Assembly: GCA_031288335.1 (NCBI GenBank) | Contig: JAITRO010000159.1 | Location: 1-57,913, forward strand | DNA length: 57,913 bases | Direction of reading: 5' to 3' | From: Synergistaceae bacterium | GTDB taxonomy: Bacteria; Synergistota; Synergistia; Synergistales; Synergistaceae | Part shown: piece by piece, positions 19,715 to 28,998 of the stretch | Numbering within the stretch: the first letter of the stretch is position 1 | How the letters are laid out: each line of letters begins with the position of its first letter | Translations under genes and position numbers: made by a program | Notes under the pieces: generated by a model | Databases searched by the model: none | Seen by the model: only the letters and a program-made list of their open reading frames with translations | Told to the model about the DNA's origin: nothing

Positions 19715-20826
19715 TGACGGGGGCCGTTCCGCGCAAAATGATGCTGGTAGCCGGCGGAACCGGAGGACATATATTGCCCGCGATAGCTTTCGGGGACTGG
19801 CTCAGGCGTGAGAAACCCCACGTCAAAATAGATTACATGTCGGGATCGCGTCCGATAGAGCGCGAAATATACCATGCGTCGAACATAGAGCCGTGCGCTA
19901 TTGAGATAACGGGTTCACCCGCCGGGATAAAGGGAGTCCGTTCGCTGCTGAGGTGGGCGGATTTGATTAAGGGCGTCCTCGAAGCCGGACGTATATTGAA
20001 AAACATGTCTCCGGACGCGTGCGTGCTGTTCGGGGGATACGCCTCCGTGCCGGCCCTCGTTTACGGCCGCGTTAAAGGAATATATTCGGTGCTGCACGAA
20101 CAGAACGCCCTGGCTGGGCGCGTGACGAAACTGGCCTCGAAGCTCGGGGTGAAAATCGCGTCGGGATGGGATAACTGCGAAGGGCTGCAACGCTCGCGCT
20201 ATATCCCGGTTGGGGTTCCGATAAGGCGTATACCGCTTATGCCGAAAGAAACCGCGTGGGAAGCGCTTGGCGTATGCCCGCATACAGGAGGCGGTCCCGT
20301 CGTGTCGGTTATGACCGGTTCTCTTGGCAGCGGCGGCATGGCGAATATTCTGACCGAATTGGCCAGGCTGAAGAGCCTGGCCTCGTGGTTTTTTTTCCTG
20401 ATCGACCCCGCGAGCGAAACGCCGCGTTTGGCCGGCAATATCGCCCGGTTGCCCCACATGTGGGACATATCGCCGCTTTATTCCGTGTCCGACATGCTGA
20501 TAACGAGGGGTGGCGCCTCGACACTGACCGAAGCGGCCGCCATGCGGAAACCGACTGTAGTCGTCCCGTGGAGAGGCGCGGCTGACGATCACCAGATGAA
20601 AAACGCGGTCGCAGCATCTGGCGAAATGACGCTTGTATGGGATGAACGCACGGATTCTCTCGGCGAATTGGCCTTGAAACTGGAGCGGCTCTACGACAAA
20701 CATATACGTGAAGACGGCTCAACGACGGACTTGTTGTATAATTCGGGCAAAGCCGGAGAGGCCAATTGTCGCAGGTTATGGGATTTTGTGGCCAATTACT
20801 GGAAAGGAGAGGTTGACGTTGAGTGA
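19711..20826 (+). CDS. murG: UDP-GlcNAc--lipid I N-acetylglucosamine transferase MurG
   Basis: AGGTGGHILPA motif; overlaps the ftsW stop (GTG 19711 or ATG 19714). Confidence 0.95.
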   Translation: MMTGAVPRKMMLVAGGTGGHILPAIAFGDWLRREKPHVKIDYMSGSRPIEREIYHASNIEPCAIEITGSPAGIKGVRSLLRWADLIKGVLEAGRILKNMSPDACVLFGGYASVPALVYGRVKGIYSVLHEQNALAGRVTKLASKLGVKIASGWDNCEGLQRSRYIPVGVPIRRIPLMPKETAWEALGVCPHTGGGPVVSVMTGSLGSGGMANILTELARLKSLASWFFFLIDPASETPRLAGNIARLPHMWDISPLYSVSDMLITRGGASTLTEAAAMRKPTVVVPWRGAADDHQMKNAVAASGEMTLVWDERTDSLGELALKLERLYDKHIREDGSTTDLLYNSGKAGEANCRRLWDFVANYWKGEVDVE

Positions 20827-20836
20827 CGGCACCCTC

Positions 20837-22255
20837 ATGGATATAAAAACTCATAGAAAAATTCACCTCATGGGAATAGGAGGCGCCGGCATGAGCGGTC
20901 TCGCCCTCCTTCTTCACGAGATGGGACATTCGGTGAGCGGATGCGACGCCGAGAGTTCCTTTTACGTCGAGAAAGTGCGCAGGGAGGGCGTCGAGATTGC
21001 GATGGGCCATCATAAATCGCATCTTGACATGTACGATCCCGAACTCATCATACACACGAGCGCGATAGCCCAGGATCATCCCGAACTGATAGAGGCGCGC
21101 AGGCGCGGAATAAAGGTGGCGCGTCGGGCTGAGATATTGAGTATGCTCTTTAATGACAAAAGGGGCGTGGGCATAGCGGGAACGCACGGAAAAACCACCA
21201 CGGCTTCAATGATATTGATGACAGCCGAATTGGCGGGGCTCGACCCGACCGCGGCCATAGGCGGCGAATTGTCCGACATGGGATGCAACGCGAAAATAGG
21301 CGGGGGAGAGTATATGGTGGCGGAGCTTGACGAAAGCGACGGATCATTTGAGCTTTTCTCCACGGAAATAGCGGTGATAACGAATGTCGACTGGGACCAT
21401 GTGGATCATTATCCGACGCACGACTCCGTCGTGAGCGCTTTTGAGAGGTTCGCGTCCCGAAGAAAACCGGGTTCGTCGCTGATAGCGTGCGGCGAGGACG
21501 CCGGAGTGCGGAAAATGCTGCAAAACGGCAAAACCGGCGAGGCGGTTCTCTATGGCTGGGGGTTCGGCTGGGACTGGGGCGCCGCGAAAATTGAACACCT
21601 CGGCGGCGGGGGCGTGAAGTATATGTTGAATCGCTCGGGGCGTCCCGTCGGCGAAGTGAAACTGAAAGTATCTGGGGAGCACAACGTGTTGAATTCGCTC
21701 GCGGCATTCGCGGCCGGTGAGATAATGGGCATACCTTTCGAATCCTCGCGCAAATCCCTCGGCATCTTCAAGGGAGCGAAACGCAGGCTTCAGCATGTAG
21801 GAGAGGCGTTCGGCGTGCTCATATACGACGATTACGGACATCATCCGAGAGAGATAGCGGCGACCATGTCGGCCGTATCTCACTCTTTCGATAGGCCTTT
21901 GCACGTGGTCTTTCAGCCGCACCGCTATACGCGGACGCAGGCCCTTTACCGCGATTTCGCGGCGGTTTTGAGCGCGGCCGAAAAAATATATATCCTTCCA
22001 ATTTACTCGGCCGACGAAATTCCCATTCCGGGCGTCTCGTCGTTCCTGATAACCGATGAACTGCACGCCACGGGCAGAGATGACGCGGTCATGTGCGGCG
22101 ATTTTCAGGAAGCGTCGGAACACGTGTGCGGCGCCGCGCGTCCGGGCGATATGGTGCTGACGGTTGGGGCCGGCAGTATCGAATACCTCAGCAGGCAGAT
22201 ACTTAAATGTCTTCAGGAGAAAGCGCAAAACAATGCGGAACCCAACAGTGCCTGA
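20837..22255 (+). CDS. murC: UDP-N-acetylmuramate--L-alanine ligase MurC
   Basis: HLMGIGGAGMSGLA and GIAGTHGKTTT. Start set at ATG 20837, just after the murG stop; the track's 20708 start overlaps murG by 119 nt. Confidence 0.95.
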   Translation: MDIKTHRKIHLMGIGGAGMSGLALLLHEMGHSVSGCDAESSFYVEKVRREGVEIAMGHHKSHLDMYDPELIIHTSAIAQDHPELIEARRRGIKVARRAEILSMLFNDKRGVGIAGTHGKTTTASMILMTAELAGLDPTAAIGGELSDMGCNAKIGGGEYMVAELDESDGSFELFSTEIAVITNVDWDHVDHYPTHDSVVSAFERFASRRKPGSSLIACGEDAGVRKMLQNGKTGEAVLYGWGFGWDWGAAKIEHLGGGGVKYMLNRSGRPVGEVKLKVSGEHNVLNSLAAFAAGEIMGIPFESSRKSLGIFKGAKRRLQHVGEAFGVLIYDDYGHHPREIAATMSAVSHSFDRPLHVVFQPHRYTRTQALYRDFAAVLSAAEKIYILPIYSADEIPIPGVSSFLITDELHATGRDDAVMCGDFQEASEHVCGAARPGDMVLTVGAGSIEYLSRQILKCLQEKAQNNAEPNSA

Positions 22256-23162
22256 CTTTTCGGGCTCGTATGTCCGATATAACACGCCGCTCGCCCCTCT
22301 TGTCACATGGGGCGTTGGCGGCGCTGCCAGGATGATGTTCGTTCCGCGGACGGAAGATGAGCTTGCTGGGGCTGTCTCATGGATTCATTCGAACGGGGAG
22401 GATTTTTTCGTCCTTGGGGGAGGCTCAAACGTCTTGATTTCGGACGCCGCGTTTGAGATCCCCGTCATAAATACCGTGAAAATGTCGGCGATTACGGTTC
22501 GCAGATCCGGCGATACGGCATATATGGATTGTCTCGCGGGAACGCCTATGAAAGAGGTTCTGGCGCTCTCGCTGAAAAACGGTTGGAGCGGCCTCGAATG
22601 CGCCGCTGGTATTCCGGGAACAGTGGGAGGCGCCATAGCCGGCAATGCGGGTTCCAAAGCCGGCTCGGTCGGCGCGTCGGTCGAGTCGGTCGTGACGCTT
22701 GAACCCGACGGATCCCGGACCGTGTGGAGCGGCTCTGAAATCAATTGGGGGTACCGGAGCTGCTCGTTGTTCGAGGGGGAAAAGAGAATCGCGCAAAGCG
22801 TCACTTTTCGGACGACATCCTCGTCCAAGGACGAAGCGGCGCGTCTCGCGGCCGAAACGATGCGGGGAAGAAAATTTCAGCCAGTCTCTTCGCGAACGGC
22901 CGGCTGCGTCTTTAAAAATCCTCCGGGGAACAGCGCCGGGAAACTGCTGGACATGTCGGGCTGCAAGGGTATTTCGGTCGGAGGCGCCAGGGTGTCCGAA
23001 TCGCACGCGAATTTTATAGAAAATCACTGCGGAAGCGCCCGGGATATCCTGTCTCTCGCGTTGTTGTGCAGAAAGAAAGTCCTTATGAAGTTCGGGACGC
23101 ATCTGGATTTCGAGGTCAAGATAGCTGGTATTTGGGAGGCTTGGCCTGATGTCGGCGAGTAA
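22233..23162 (+). CDS. murB: UDP-N-acetylenolpyruvoylglucosamine reductase MurB
   Basis: FAD-binding N-terminus (TWGVGGAA...VLGGGSNVL) and C-terminal SESHANFIEN. Start chosen at ATG 22233. Confidence 0.9.
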   Translation: MRNPTVPDFSGSYVRYNTPLAPLVTWGVGGAARMMFVPRTEDELAGAVSWIHSNGEDFFVLGGGSNVLISDAAFEIPVINTVKMSAITVRRSGDTAYMDCLAGTPMKEVLALSLKNGWSGLECAAGIPGTVGGAIAGNAGSKAGSVGASVESVVTLEPDGSRTVWSGSEINWGYRSCSLFEGEKRIAQSVTFRTTSSSKDEAARLAAETMRGRKFQPVSSRTAGCVFKNPPGNSAGKLLDMSGCKGISVGGARVSESHANFIENHCGSARDILSLALLCRKKVLMKFGTHLDFEVKIAGIWEAWPDVGE

Positions 23163-23955
23163 AGGAAGTGTGTGGAAAAAATATTTGATATTTATCAGCT
23201 TCTTTTGCGGAGCATTGTATTTCCTTGAAATGAGATACAGTTTTTTCAGGCTGAGAGAGGTGGAGATAACACCAGGCAACGTAATGCCGGAAGAAGTGAT
23301 ATGGCAGGCTTTGCCGAGGAAGGCGATGAATTTTTGGCCGTATCTCCTCTTTAACAGAGACGTTTTTGTGGAACGGGTGACGAATTTTTACCCGGTTTCG
23401 ATGAAACTCAGTTTCTCCGGATGGGGAAAATATAAACTGACTGTCGAACCGCTGGATATATTCCTGTCCGTATCGTGGAACTCGAAATTTTGGCTCTTGT
23501 CCTTCGACGGCATGATATGGCAGGCAAATCTTCCGGCCGCTCTCATGGTCAAAGGCATGAAATATCCGACACGTCCCACGCTGGTTTGGGACTCGCAATT
23601 GCCGGTGCCGATATATGCCGGAGGGCGGAAGGGTGATATTTATACATCAGCTTTACCTATGGAGAAGATACAGAGATGGTATGACACGATCGGGAAAATA
23701 CGCTGGCACAAGAGCATTTATCAAATTATAGCGGGCAGGATGGAGGGACGTCGGGTAGTGCGGATATTGCTGGGCGGCGAAGGCCGGATATCCGGCGAAA
23801 TACTGATGAAGGACGACGCGTCCGACTGGCTTTCAGTCGCGGCGGCGCTTGAAAATATATACCCCAGCGCATCAGGAGGAATTCCGGCGGGACTTATTGT
23901 GAATGCGATATATACGGACGCGAAAATGACCGTTTTTGAAAAGGGACATATGTGA
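23149..23955 (+). CDS. ftsQ: Cell division protein FtsQ/DivIB
   Basis: N-terminal TM segment followed by a POTRA-like LREVEITPGNVMPEEVIWQAL; position between murB and ftsA. GGGAGG 9 nt upstream. Confidence 0.75.
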   Translation: MSASKGSVWKKYLIFISFFCGALYFLEMRYSFFRLREVEITPGNVMPEEVIWQALPRKAMNFWPYLLFNRDVFVERVTNFYPVSMKLSFSGWGKYKLTVEPLDIFLSVSWNSKFWLLSFDGMIWQANLPAALMVKGMKYPTRPTLVWDSQLPVPIYAGGRKGDIYTSALPMEKIQRWYDTIGKIRWHKSIYQIIAGRMEGRRVVRILLGGEGRISGEILMKDDASDWLSVAAALENIYPSASGGIPAGLIVNAIYTDAKMTVFEKGHM

Positions 23956-25316
23956 GATGGATGGCGCGCGAATCTGTTTCGGCGATAAGGAGGACCCGCA
24001 TGGTATCTTTTATGAGAAATTCAGCTTCGTCAGCATATAGAGGATCGGAATTCCTGGTGGGTTTGGACTTAGGTACCAGTAAAATAACCGTGGTCGTGGC
24101 CGAACGCGAGGGACCATCCGGCGAAGCTCAGATAATCGGCATCGGCCAGGCGCCCTCGACCGGCATAAGGAAGGGACAGATAGTAAATATCGATCAGACC
24201 GTGAAGTCTCTCAAACGCGCCATTGAAGATGCAGAAAATATGGTGGGCCAGAATTTGTCGGAGGCTACAGTCGCGTTCAGCGGCGCCAACGTCCAAAGCA
24301 TTAAGAAGAAGGGTTTGATCTCGCTTGGTCGGTCCCCCCGCACCGTGATAAGATTCGACATAGAGCGCGTGATAGAATCCGCGCAGAACGATCTTTCCGT
24401 GCCCGGCGGCCAAATGATACTTCACACGATTCCGGTCGAGTATTCTCTCGACGGCACGAGCGGCATCGACGATCCTCTCGGAATGGCGGGCATGAGACTG
24501 GAAATAGAACTGATGTCGGTCATCGTTCCCGTGGCCATTGTCCAGAACGTCAAAAACTGTGTGACGAGAGCCGGTCTCGGAGTGAGCGGTCTCGTCATCA
24601 AGCCGCTCGCGTCGTCCCTTGGGGCTCTCACCTCGGAGGAGATCGTCGTCGGTTCGGTGGTGGTGGATTTCGGCGGCGGAACATGCGGCGTCTCGGTTTT
24701 TTCGGAGGGCAGGCCCAAACACCTGGCAGTCATATCCGTCGGAGGCGAACACATCACCAACGATATAGCGGTAGTGCTGAAAATTCCGACGAACAAGGCG
24801 GAGGAAATAAAAAAAGAGCTGTCCCTCTTTTCCGATTCGATACTCGCGGAACAGGACAAACTCGAGTTCGAATACATGGGGCGCGCTTACGCCTGTCCGC
24901 TCGATAAACTCACCGATGTCGTGCAGTGCAGGGTGGAAGAATTATTTTCGATCTACATCAAAAACGAAATCGCGGCGTCGGGAGTTACCTCACTCCCAGG
25001 CGGTCTGGTCATCACCGGCGGAGGATCGAAGAGCGCCGGCATCGATCAATATCTCGCGAAGCTCGTCAATATGCCGGTGCGCGTCTCTTTGCCGCTGGAT
25101 TCTGGCCGTATGCCGCCCTCTCGTAACGGGGTTGAATACACCTGCGCCGCCGGTATAATACGCTATGTGCTGGAAAAAGAGAGGGATCCGCTCAAGTATA
25201 TAGACTATTCGTTCGAGTCGGAAAACATCAATATCGCCGATCCGATCGTTCCCGCGCTGCCCGCAAAGAAGACGGTATTTCAGAACGTGGTCAATTTATT
25301 CAAGGAATTGTTTTAG
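23952..25316 (+). CDS. ftsA: Cell division protein FtsA
   Basis: Actin-fold motifs VGLDLGTSKITVVVAE and VVDFGGGT. The start is uncertain (GTG 23952 overlapping the ftsQ stop, or a downstream ATG). Confidence 0.93.
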   Translation: MRWMARESVSAIRRTRMVSFMRNSASSAYRGSEFLVGLDLGTSKITVVVAEREGPSGEAQIIGIGQAPSTGIRKGQIVNIDQTVKSLKRAIEDAENMVGQNLSEATVAFSGANVQSIKKKGLISLGRSPRTVIRFDIERVIESAQNDLSVPGGQMILHTIPVEYSLDGTSGIDDPLGMAGMRLEIELMSVIVPVAIVQNVKNCVTRAGLGVSGLVIKPLASSLGALTSEEIVVGSVVVDFGGGTCGVSVFSEGRPKHLAVISVGGEHITNDIAVVLKIPTNKAEEIKKELSLFSDSILAEQDKLEFEYMGRAYACPLDKLTDVVQCRVEELFSIYIKNEIAASGVTSLPGGLVITGGGSKSAGIDQYLAKLVNMPVRVSLPLDSGRMPPSRNGVEYTCAAGIIRYVLEKERDPLKYIDYSFESENINIADPIVPALPAKKTVFQNVVNLFKELF

Positions 25317-25365
25317 TGATGAAGATGGTTTTGTGGCTCTCAAAAAAGAATTGGAGGAAATAAGG

Positions 25366-26643
25366 ATGCCGGAGATATTTCAGCTCGAAAATCAAGGCCA
25401 CTCCAGTCCCGGCCGCGAAGTGATAAAAGTACTCGGAGTTGGCGGCGGCGGCTGCAACGCCCTCAATCACATCATACGGGGGCATGTGTGCGGCGTCGAA
25501 TTCATAGCCGCCAACACGGACAAGGCCCATTTGGATATTGTGGACTCTCCAGTGAAGATAATGCTTGGAAGAGAACTCACCCGAGGACTTGGGGCGGGCG
25601 CGGATCCAAATGTCGGAGAAAAGGCCGCCGTCGAGGCGAGAGAGGAGCTGCGCGCCGCGCTGGACGGGGCCGATATGATTTTTATCGCGGCAGGAATGGG
25701 CGGCGGCACCGGCACGGGCGCGTCCCCGGTAATAGCGAGCATCGCCAGGGAGACGGGAGCGCTCGTGGTTGCCGTGGTGACGAGGCCGTTTTCGTTCGAG
25801 GGCAAACGCCGCACCAACCTATCCGAGGAGGGCATCGGAAAACTCAAGGAACAAGTCGATGCCCTCATAGTGATCCCCAACGACAAACTCCTGCTGGTCT
25901 CCGATAAACGGACTCCGGTGAACAAGGCGTTCGAGCTGGCCGACAACGTTTTGCATCAAGCCGTTCAGGGCGTCACCGACCTCATATTGAGACCCGGCAC
26001 CGTCAATGTCGATTTCGCCGACGTCCGCACGATAATGAGCAGCGCCGGCTCGGCAATTATGGGCATCGGCGAAGGGTACGGAGAAAACAGGGTGGCAACT
26101 GCGGCGCATAACGCGATAAACAGCCCGCTGATGGAGGCTCCGATGATAGGCGCGAAGAGGGTGCTCTTCAACGTCACCGGCAGTTCCAAACTGGGCATTC
26201 ACGAGGTGGAGGAGGCCGCTCAAATCATCAACAACGCTTCCGACAAGGACGTGAACCTGATTTGGGGGCAAGTGTTCGATCCGGATATGGAGGACATGGT
26301 GAGAATCACTATCATTGCCACGGATTTCGAGGAATCCGCCATTTACGCCGCGTCCGGTTCAAGAGGAAAGAACGCGTCGTTTCTGGAACGCGCAGCCGAC
26401 CTGGAACTCCAGAAGCCTTCCTCGATGACCATTACGGGCGCCGCTGTGGCGGCTTCAGGCGGAGCCGCGCCGGCGCAAGCCGGCGATGTCAAGGGCACCG
26501 AGTCTTTTAAGGGGCGTTCCGATATAGGCGAGACGGCGGTAATGTTTTCCGGATTTCCAGACGACGAAAATCTGTTCAGCAGCCAGGGAATTCCGCAGGA
26601 TCAACTGGACATTCCCTCTTATATCAGAAGAAAAAAGCTGTGA
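25366..26643 (+). CDS. ftsZ: Cell division GTPase FtsZ
   Basis: GGGTGTGASPVIA tubulin signature and a C-terminal DIPSYIRRKKL peptide. ATG 25366 has GGAGG 8 nt upstream; the track's GTG 25333 is less likely. Confidence 0.97.
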   Translation: MPEIFQLENQGHSSPGREVIKVLGVGGGGCNALNHIIRGHVCGVEFIAANTDKAHLDIVDSPVKIMLGRELTRGLGAGADPNVGEKAAVEAREELRAALDGADMIFIAAGMGGGTGTGASPVIASIARETGALVVAVVTRPFSFEGKRRTNLSEEGIGKLKEQVDALIVIPNDKLLLVSDKRTPVNKAFELADNVLHQAVQGVTDLILRPGTVNVDFADVRTIMSSAGSAIMGIGEGYGENRVATAAHNAINSPLMEAPMIGAKRVLFNVTGSSKLGIHEVEEAAQIINNASDKDVNLIWGQVFDPDMEDMVRITIIATDFEESAIYAASGSRGKNASFLERAADLELQKPSSMTITGAAVAASGGAAPAQAGDVKGTESFKGRSDIGETAVMFSGFPDDENLFSSQGIPQDQLDIPSYIRRKKL

Positions 26644-26652
26644 GAGGACGGA

Positions 26653-28179
26653 TTGCCGAAAACTACTTCTGCCTGGACCAGTTGGTCCGGAAAAAGGCGC
26701 GAAGAAATTTTGACTGTGGATTTGCCAGGTGGCGGGGATTTGCCCTGCGCGATATTTTTCCCCGCAGATTACAAGATCGGGATGGCGAATCTTGGCATTC
26801 ATTATATATATAGAGCTTTAAGAGAACTCGGGGTGTTGGCGGAACGTTTCTTCGCGTCGCCGTCGCCCTTCAGGTCGGTCGAAAGCGACACGATGATCGA
26901 GAGGTTTCCTCTCGTTCTGGGAAGCATATCCTACGAGCCCGACGTGATCGTGTTCGCAAAATGGCTCGAACTGGCGGGTATTCGGGCGGCGAGAGAACGC
27001 AGGGAATCGTCCCCGCACACGCGGCCGCTGATAGGAGCGGGCGGCGCGCTGACTTACATCAATCCGCTGCCGTTATCGGGAATTTGCGACTTCATAATTC
27101 TCGGGGACGGGACCAAAACCGCGAGGTTTCTGGTTCAGGTTTTGAGAAGCGGGCATTCGCGGGAGGAAACGCTCTCGGCGTTGGCGGAACATCCCTCCGT
27201 ATTCGTTCCGTCGCTTCACGAGGACGGGAGACATTCGCTCGTGACGGCGAAGAACGACATATCGGAGGATTATGGCCGAAGCACCTGGATTGCGAAGGAC
27301 AGCATCTTCAAGGACACCCTGCTTTTGGAGCTGCAGCGGGGATGTCCGAACGGATGCCGGTTTTGCACCTTGACGGGCTGTTTTTCTCCAGTGAGGGTGC
27401 GCGGGCCCGAGCTTATCGAACGCGATATCGATGAGGCTATCCGCGTCGCGGAATTCTCGCGCATAGGACTTGTTACTCCGGAGGCCGGGGATTACAGATA
27501 CATCGACGCATTGCTGGATTTTGCGGAACATAGGGGAAAGAGCGTCTCGTTTGCCTCGCTTCGCGTGGACAATCTGACCGAACGCATGATGAAAGCGCTC
27601 GTTTCGGGGGGAGGCGTGACGGTTACGGTAGCTCCGGAGACGGGTGACGATTGTCTGAGGAACATTTGCGGAAAACGTTTCAGCAATGAGGACGTGTTCG
27701 AAAAATTGGAGATGGCGGCTCACATGGGCGCGAGTTCGGCAAAGCTGTATTTTATGATCGGTCTGCCGGGAGAAACACAGGAACAGGTGATGTCCATTGC
27801 CGCGTTATGCGAGGATGTAAGGTTGAAAACGGGTCTCGCCGTGACCGCATCGGTGTCGCCCTTCGTTCCGAAGCCGGGAACGCCGTGGGCTGGGGAGGTG
27901 TTTGCGGGGGAGAAAAAACTCAAGGTTTTATTTTCGCTGTTATCGCGATCTTTGGGCGGCGTGAGCGGTGTGAAACTGCGTGCGGCCGGAATAAAGGAGG
28001 CCTGCGTCGAATACGCTGTTTCCGGGGCAGGGCCGGAAGCGTCGAGCTTCATTGCCCGCAGCGTTTTGTCGGGTATTTCGTACAAAGAACTTTCGCGGCT
28101 GTCCGACAGAAAAGAGACTGAAGCGGAATTGAGCAGGCTGGGGCTCGCGTTTCCGCATTTCAAGAAGGGAGGCGCCTGA
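26653..28179 (+). CDS. Radical SAM protein with N-terminal B12-binding-like domain (resembles the uncharacterised TIGR03960 type, from memory)
   Basis: CxxxCxxC in LQRGCPNGCRFCTL. The N-terminal AIFFPADYKIGMANLGIHYIYRAL block is typical of that family. It begins 9 nt after the ftsZ stop. Confidence 0.85.
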   Translation: MPKTTSAWTSWSGKRREEILTVDLPGGGDLPCAIFFPADYKIGMANLGIHYIYRALRELGVLAERFFASPSPFRSVESDTMIERFPLVLGSISYEPDVIVFAKWLELAGIRAARERRESSPHTRPLIGAGGALTYINPLPLSGICDFIILGDGTKTARFLVQVLRSGHSREETLSALAEHPSVFVPSLHEDGRHSLVTAKNDISEDYGRSTWIAKDSIFKDTLLLELQRGCPNGCRFCTLTGCFSPVRVRGPELIERDIDEAIRVAEFSRIGLVTPEAGDYRYIDALLDFAEHRGKSVSFASLRVDNLTERMMKALVSGGGVTVTVAPETGDDCLRNICGKRFSNEDVFEKLEMAAHMGASSAKLYFMIGLPGETQEQVMSIAALCEDVRLKTGLAVTASVSPFVPKPGTPWAGEVFAGEKKLKVLFSLLSRSLGGVSGVKLRAAGIKEACVEYAVSGAGPEASSFIARSVLSGISYKELSRLSDRKETEAELSRLGLAFPHFKKGGA

Positions 28180-28182
28180 AAA

Positions 28183-28863
28183 ATGGCCGCAACAACAAGG
28201 AGATCGAGGATTACCAAAAGGAAAGGATCGGGGATAACATTCGGGCATTTCGCCCTTCCTATTGCTGCCGCGGTGGCATTGGGACTTCTTTTTGTGGGGA
28301 TAAAACTGTTTTTCCTCACCTCGTCCGATCGCGGCGCGGCGGAGATCGCGCGCGTCGAAACGCCCGTGTTTTCGGAACCGGCGGCCGTGCTCGATGAACC
28401 GGACTTCATGCTCGCCGGAGCCCCTGAGATGATAATCGAACCCGAAAAACTGGAAATTGAAACGACGGATATCCCCATAGTACTGGCAAGCCCGCTCACA
28501 CAATTTGGAAGGGCGGCTCGAGTGTCGTCCGGAACTTCCGGGCAGGCCTCGGGCAGCAAAAATACACAGAAGAGTGCTTCGGCCGCCGGCGCGGCAAAAA
28601 CGGTCAGCCCAGCCGCCGCTTCCGCCGCGAAATCGAAATGGGGCGTGCAGGTGGGTGCTTTCGTCAATGAAGGCAGCGCTTCCTCGCTCGTCTCCGAGAT
28701 TAAAAAACAGGGGTACTCCGCTTCCGTCAGCAAAGCGGATTCGGCCGGCAAGACTTTCCACAGGGTCAGGGTGGGCGCCGGCAATTCCAGAGAAGACGCT
28801 GACAGGCTCGCCGTGGAATTGAGCAAAAAGGGTTATCCGGTCTCTGTCGTGCCAATGCTGTAA
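28183..28863 (+). CDS. SPOR-domain septal peptidoglycan-binding membrane protein
   Basis: N-terminal TM segment (FALPIAAAVALGLLFVGIKLFFL), a low-complexity linker, and a C-terminal SPOR domain (WGVQVGAFVNEGSASSLVSEIKKQGYSASV...FHRVRVGAGNSREDADRLAVELSKKGY). Confidence 0.8.
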   Translation: MAATTRRSRITKRKGSGITFGHFALPIAAAVALGLLFVGIKLFFLTSSDRGAAEIARVETPVFSEPAAVLDEPDFMLAGAPEMIIEPEKLEIETTDIPIVLASPLTQFGRAARVSSGTSGQASGSKNTQKSASAAGAAKTVSPAAASAAKSKWGVQVGAFVNEGSASSLVSEIKKQGYSASVSKADSAGKTFHRVRVGAGNSREDADRLAVELSKKGYPVSVVPML

Positions 28864-28894
28864 ACGAAAGACACGGCTCTTAAAAATGTCCCCC

Positions 28895-28949
28895 GCAAAG
28901 TTTTGCGCAAATTTCCGGCAAGTTTTGGCAGCTTTCGGTAACTTTTGGC
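28895..28949 (+). repeat. Five T-tracts phased at 10-11 bp (about 2.5 copies of a 21-23 nt tandem unit)
   Basis: The series is GCAAAGTTTTGC, GCAAATTTCCG, GCAAGTTTTG, GCAGCTTTCG, GTAACTTTTG. T-tracts start at 28901, 28912, 28923, 28933 and 28943. Confidence 0.45.
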
Positions 28950-28984
28950 AAGCCGGCGTCCCGCGCGAGATGCCGGCTTTTTGT
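28950..28984 (+). terminator. Rho-independent terminator-like hairpin after the SPOR gene, ending 15 nt before the moaA start
   Basis: AAGCCGGC (28950-57), 14-nt loop, GCCGGCTT (28972-79), followed by TTTTGT. Confidence 0.5.
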
Positions 28985-28998
28985 ACGCTGCGCCGTCT

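Noticed and set aside
20708-20836. 5' extensions of ORFs given by the track (murC 20708, XPB 1855, murB 22164, moaA 28945, moaC 29925, debranching enzyme 34035, ftsZ 25333, ribBA 41325)
   Set aside because: The extensions overlap the upstream gene extensively, are Arg-rich and lack family similarity. Internal starts with an SD sequence, or placed right after the upstream stop, fit the conserved N-termini.
28864-28998. Possible Moco riboswitch in front of moaA
   Set aside because: No CUCCGAGCC-like or GGAAAGG core elements are present, and the region is dominated by phased T-tract repeats and a simple hairpin. An Rfam scan would be decisive.
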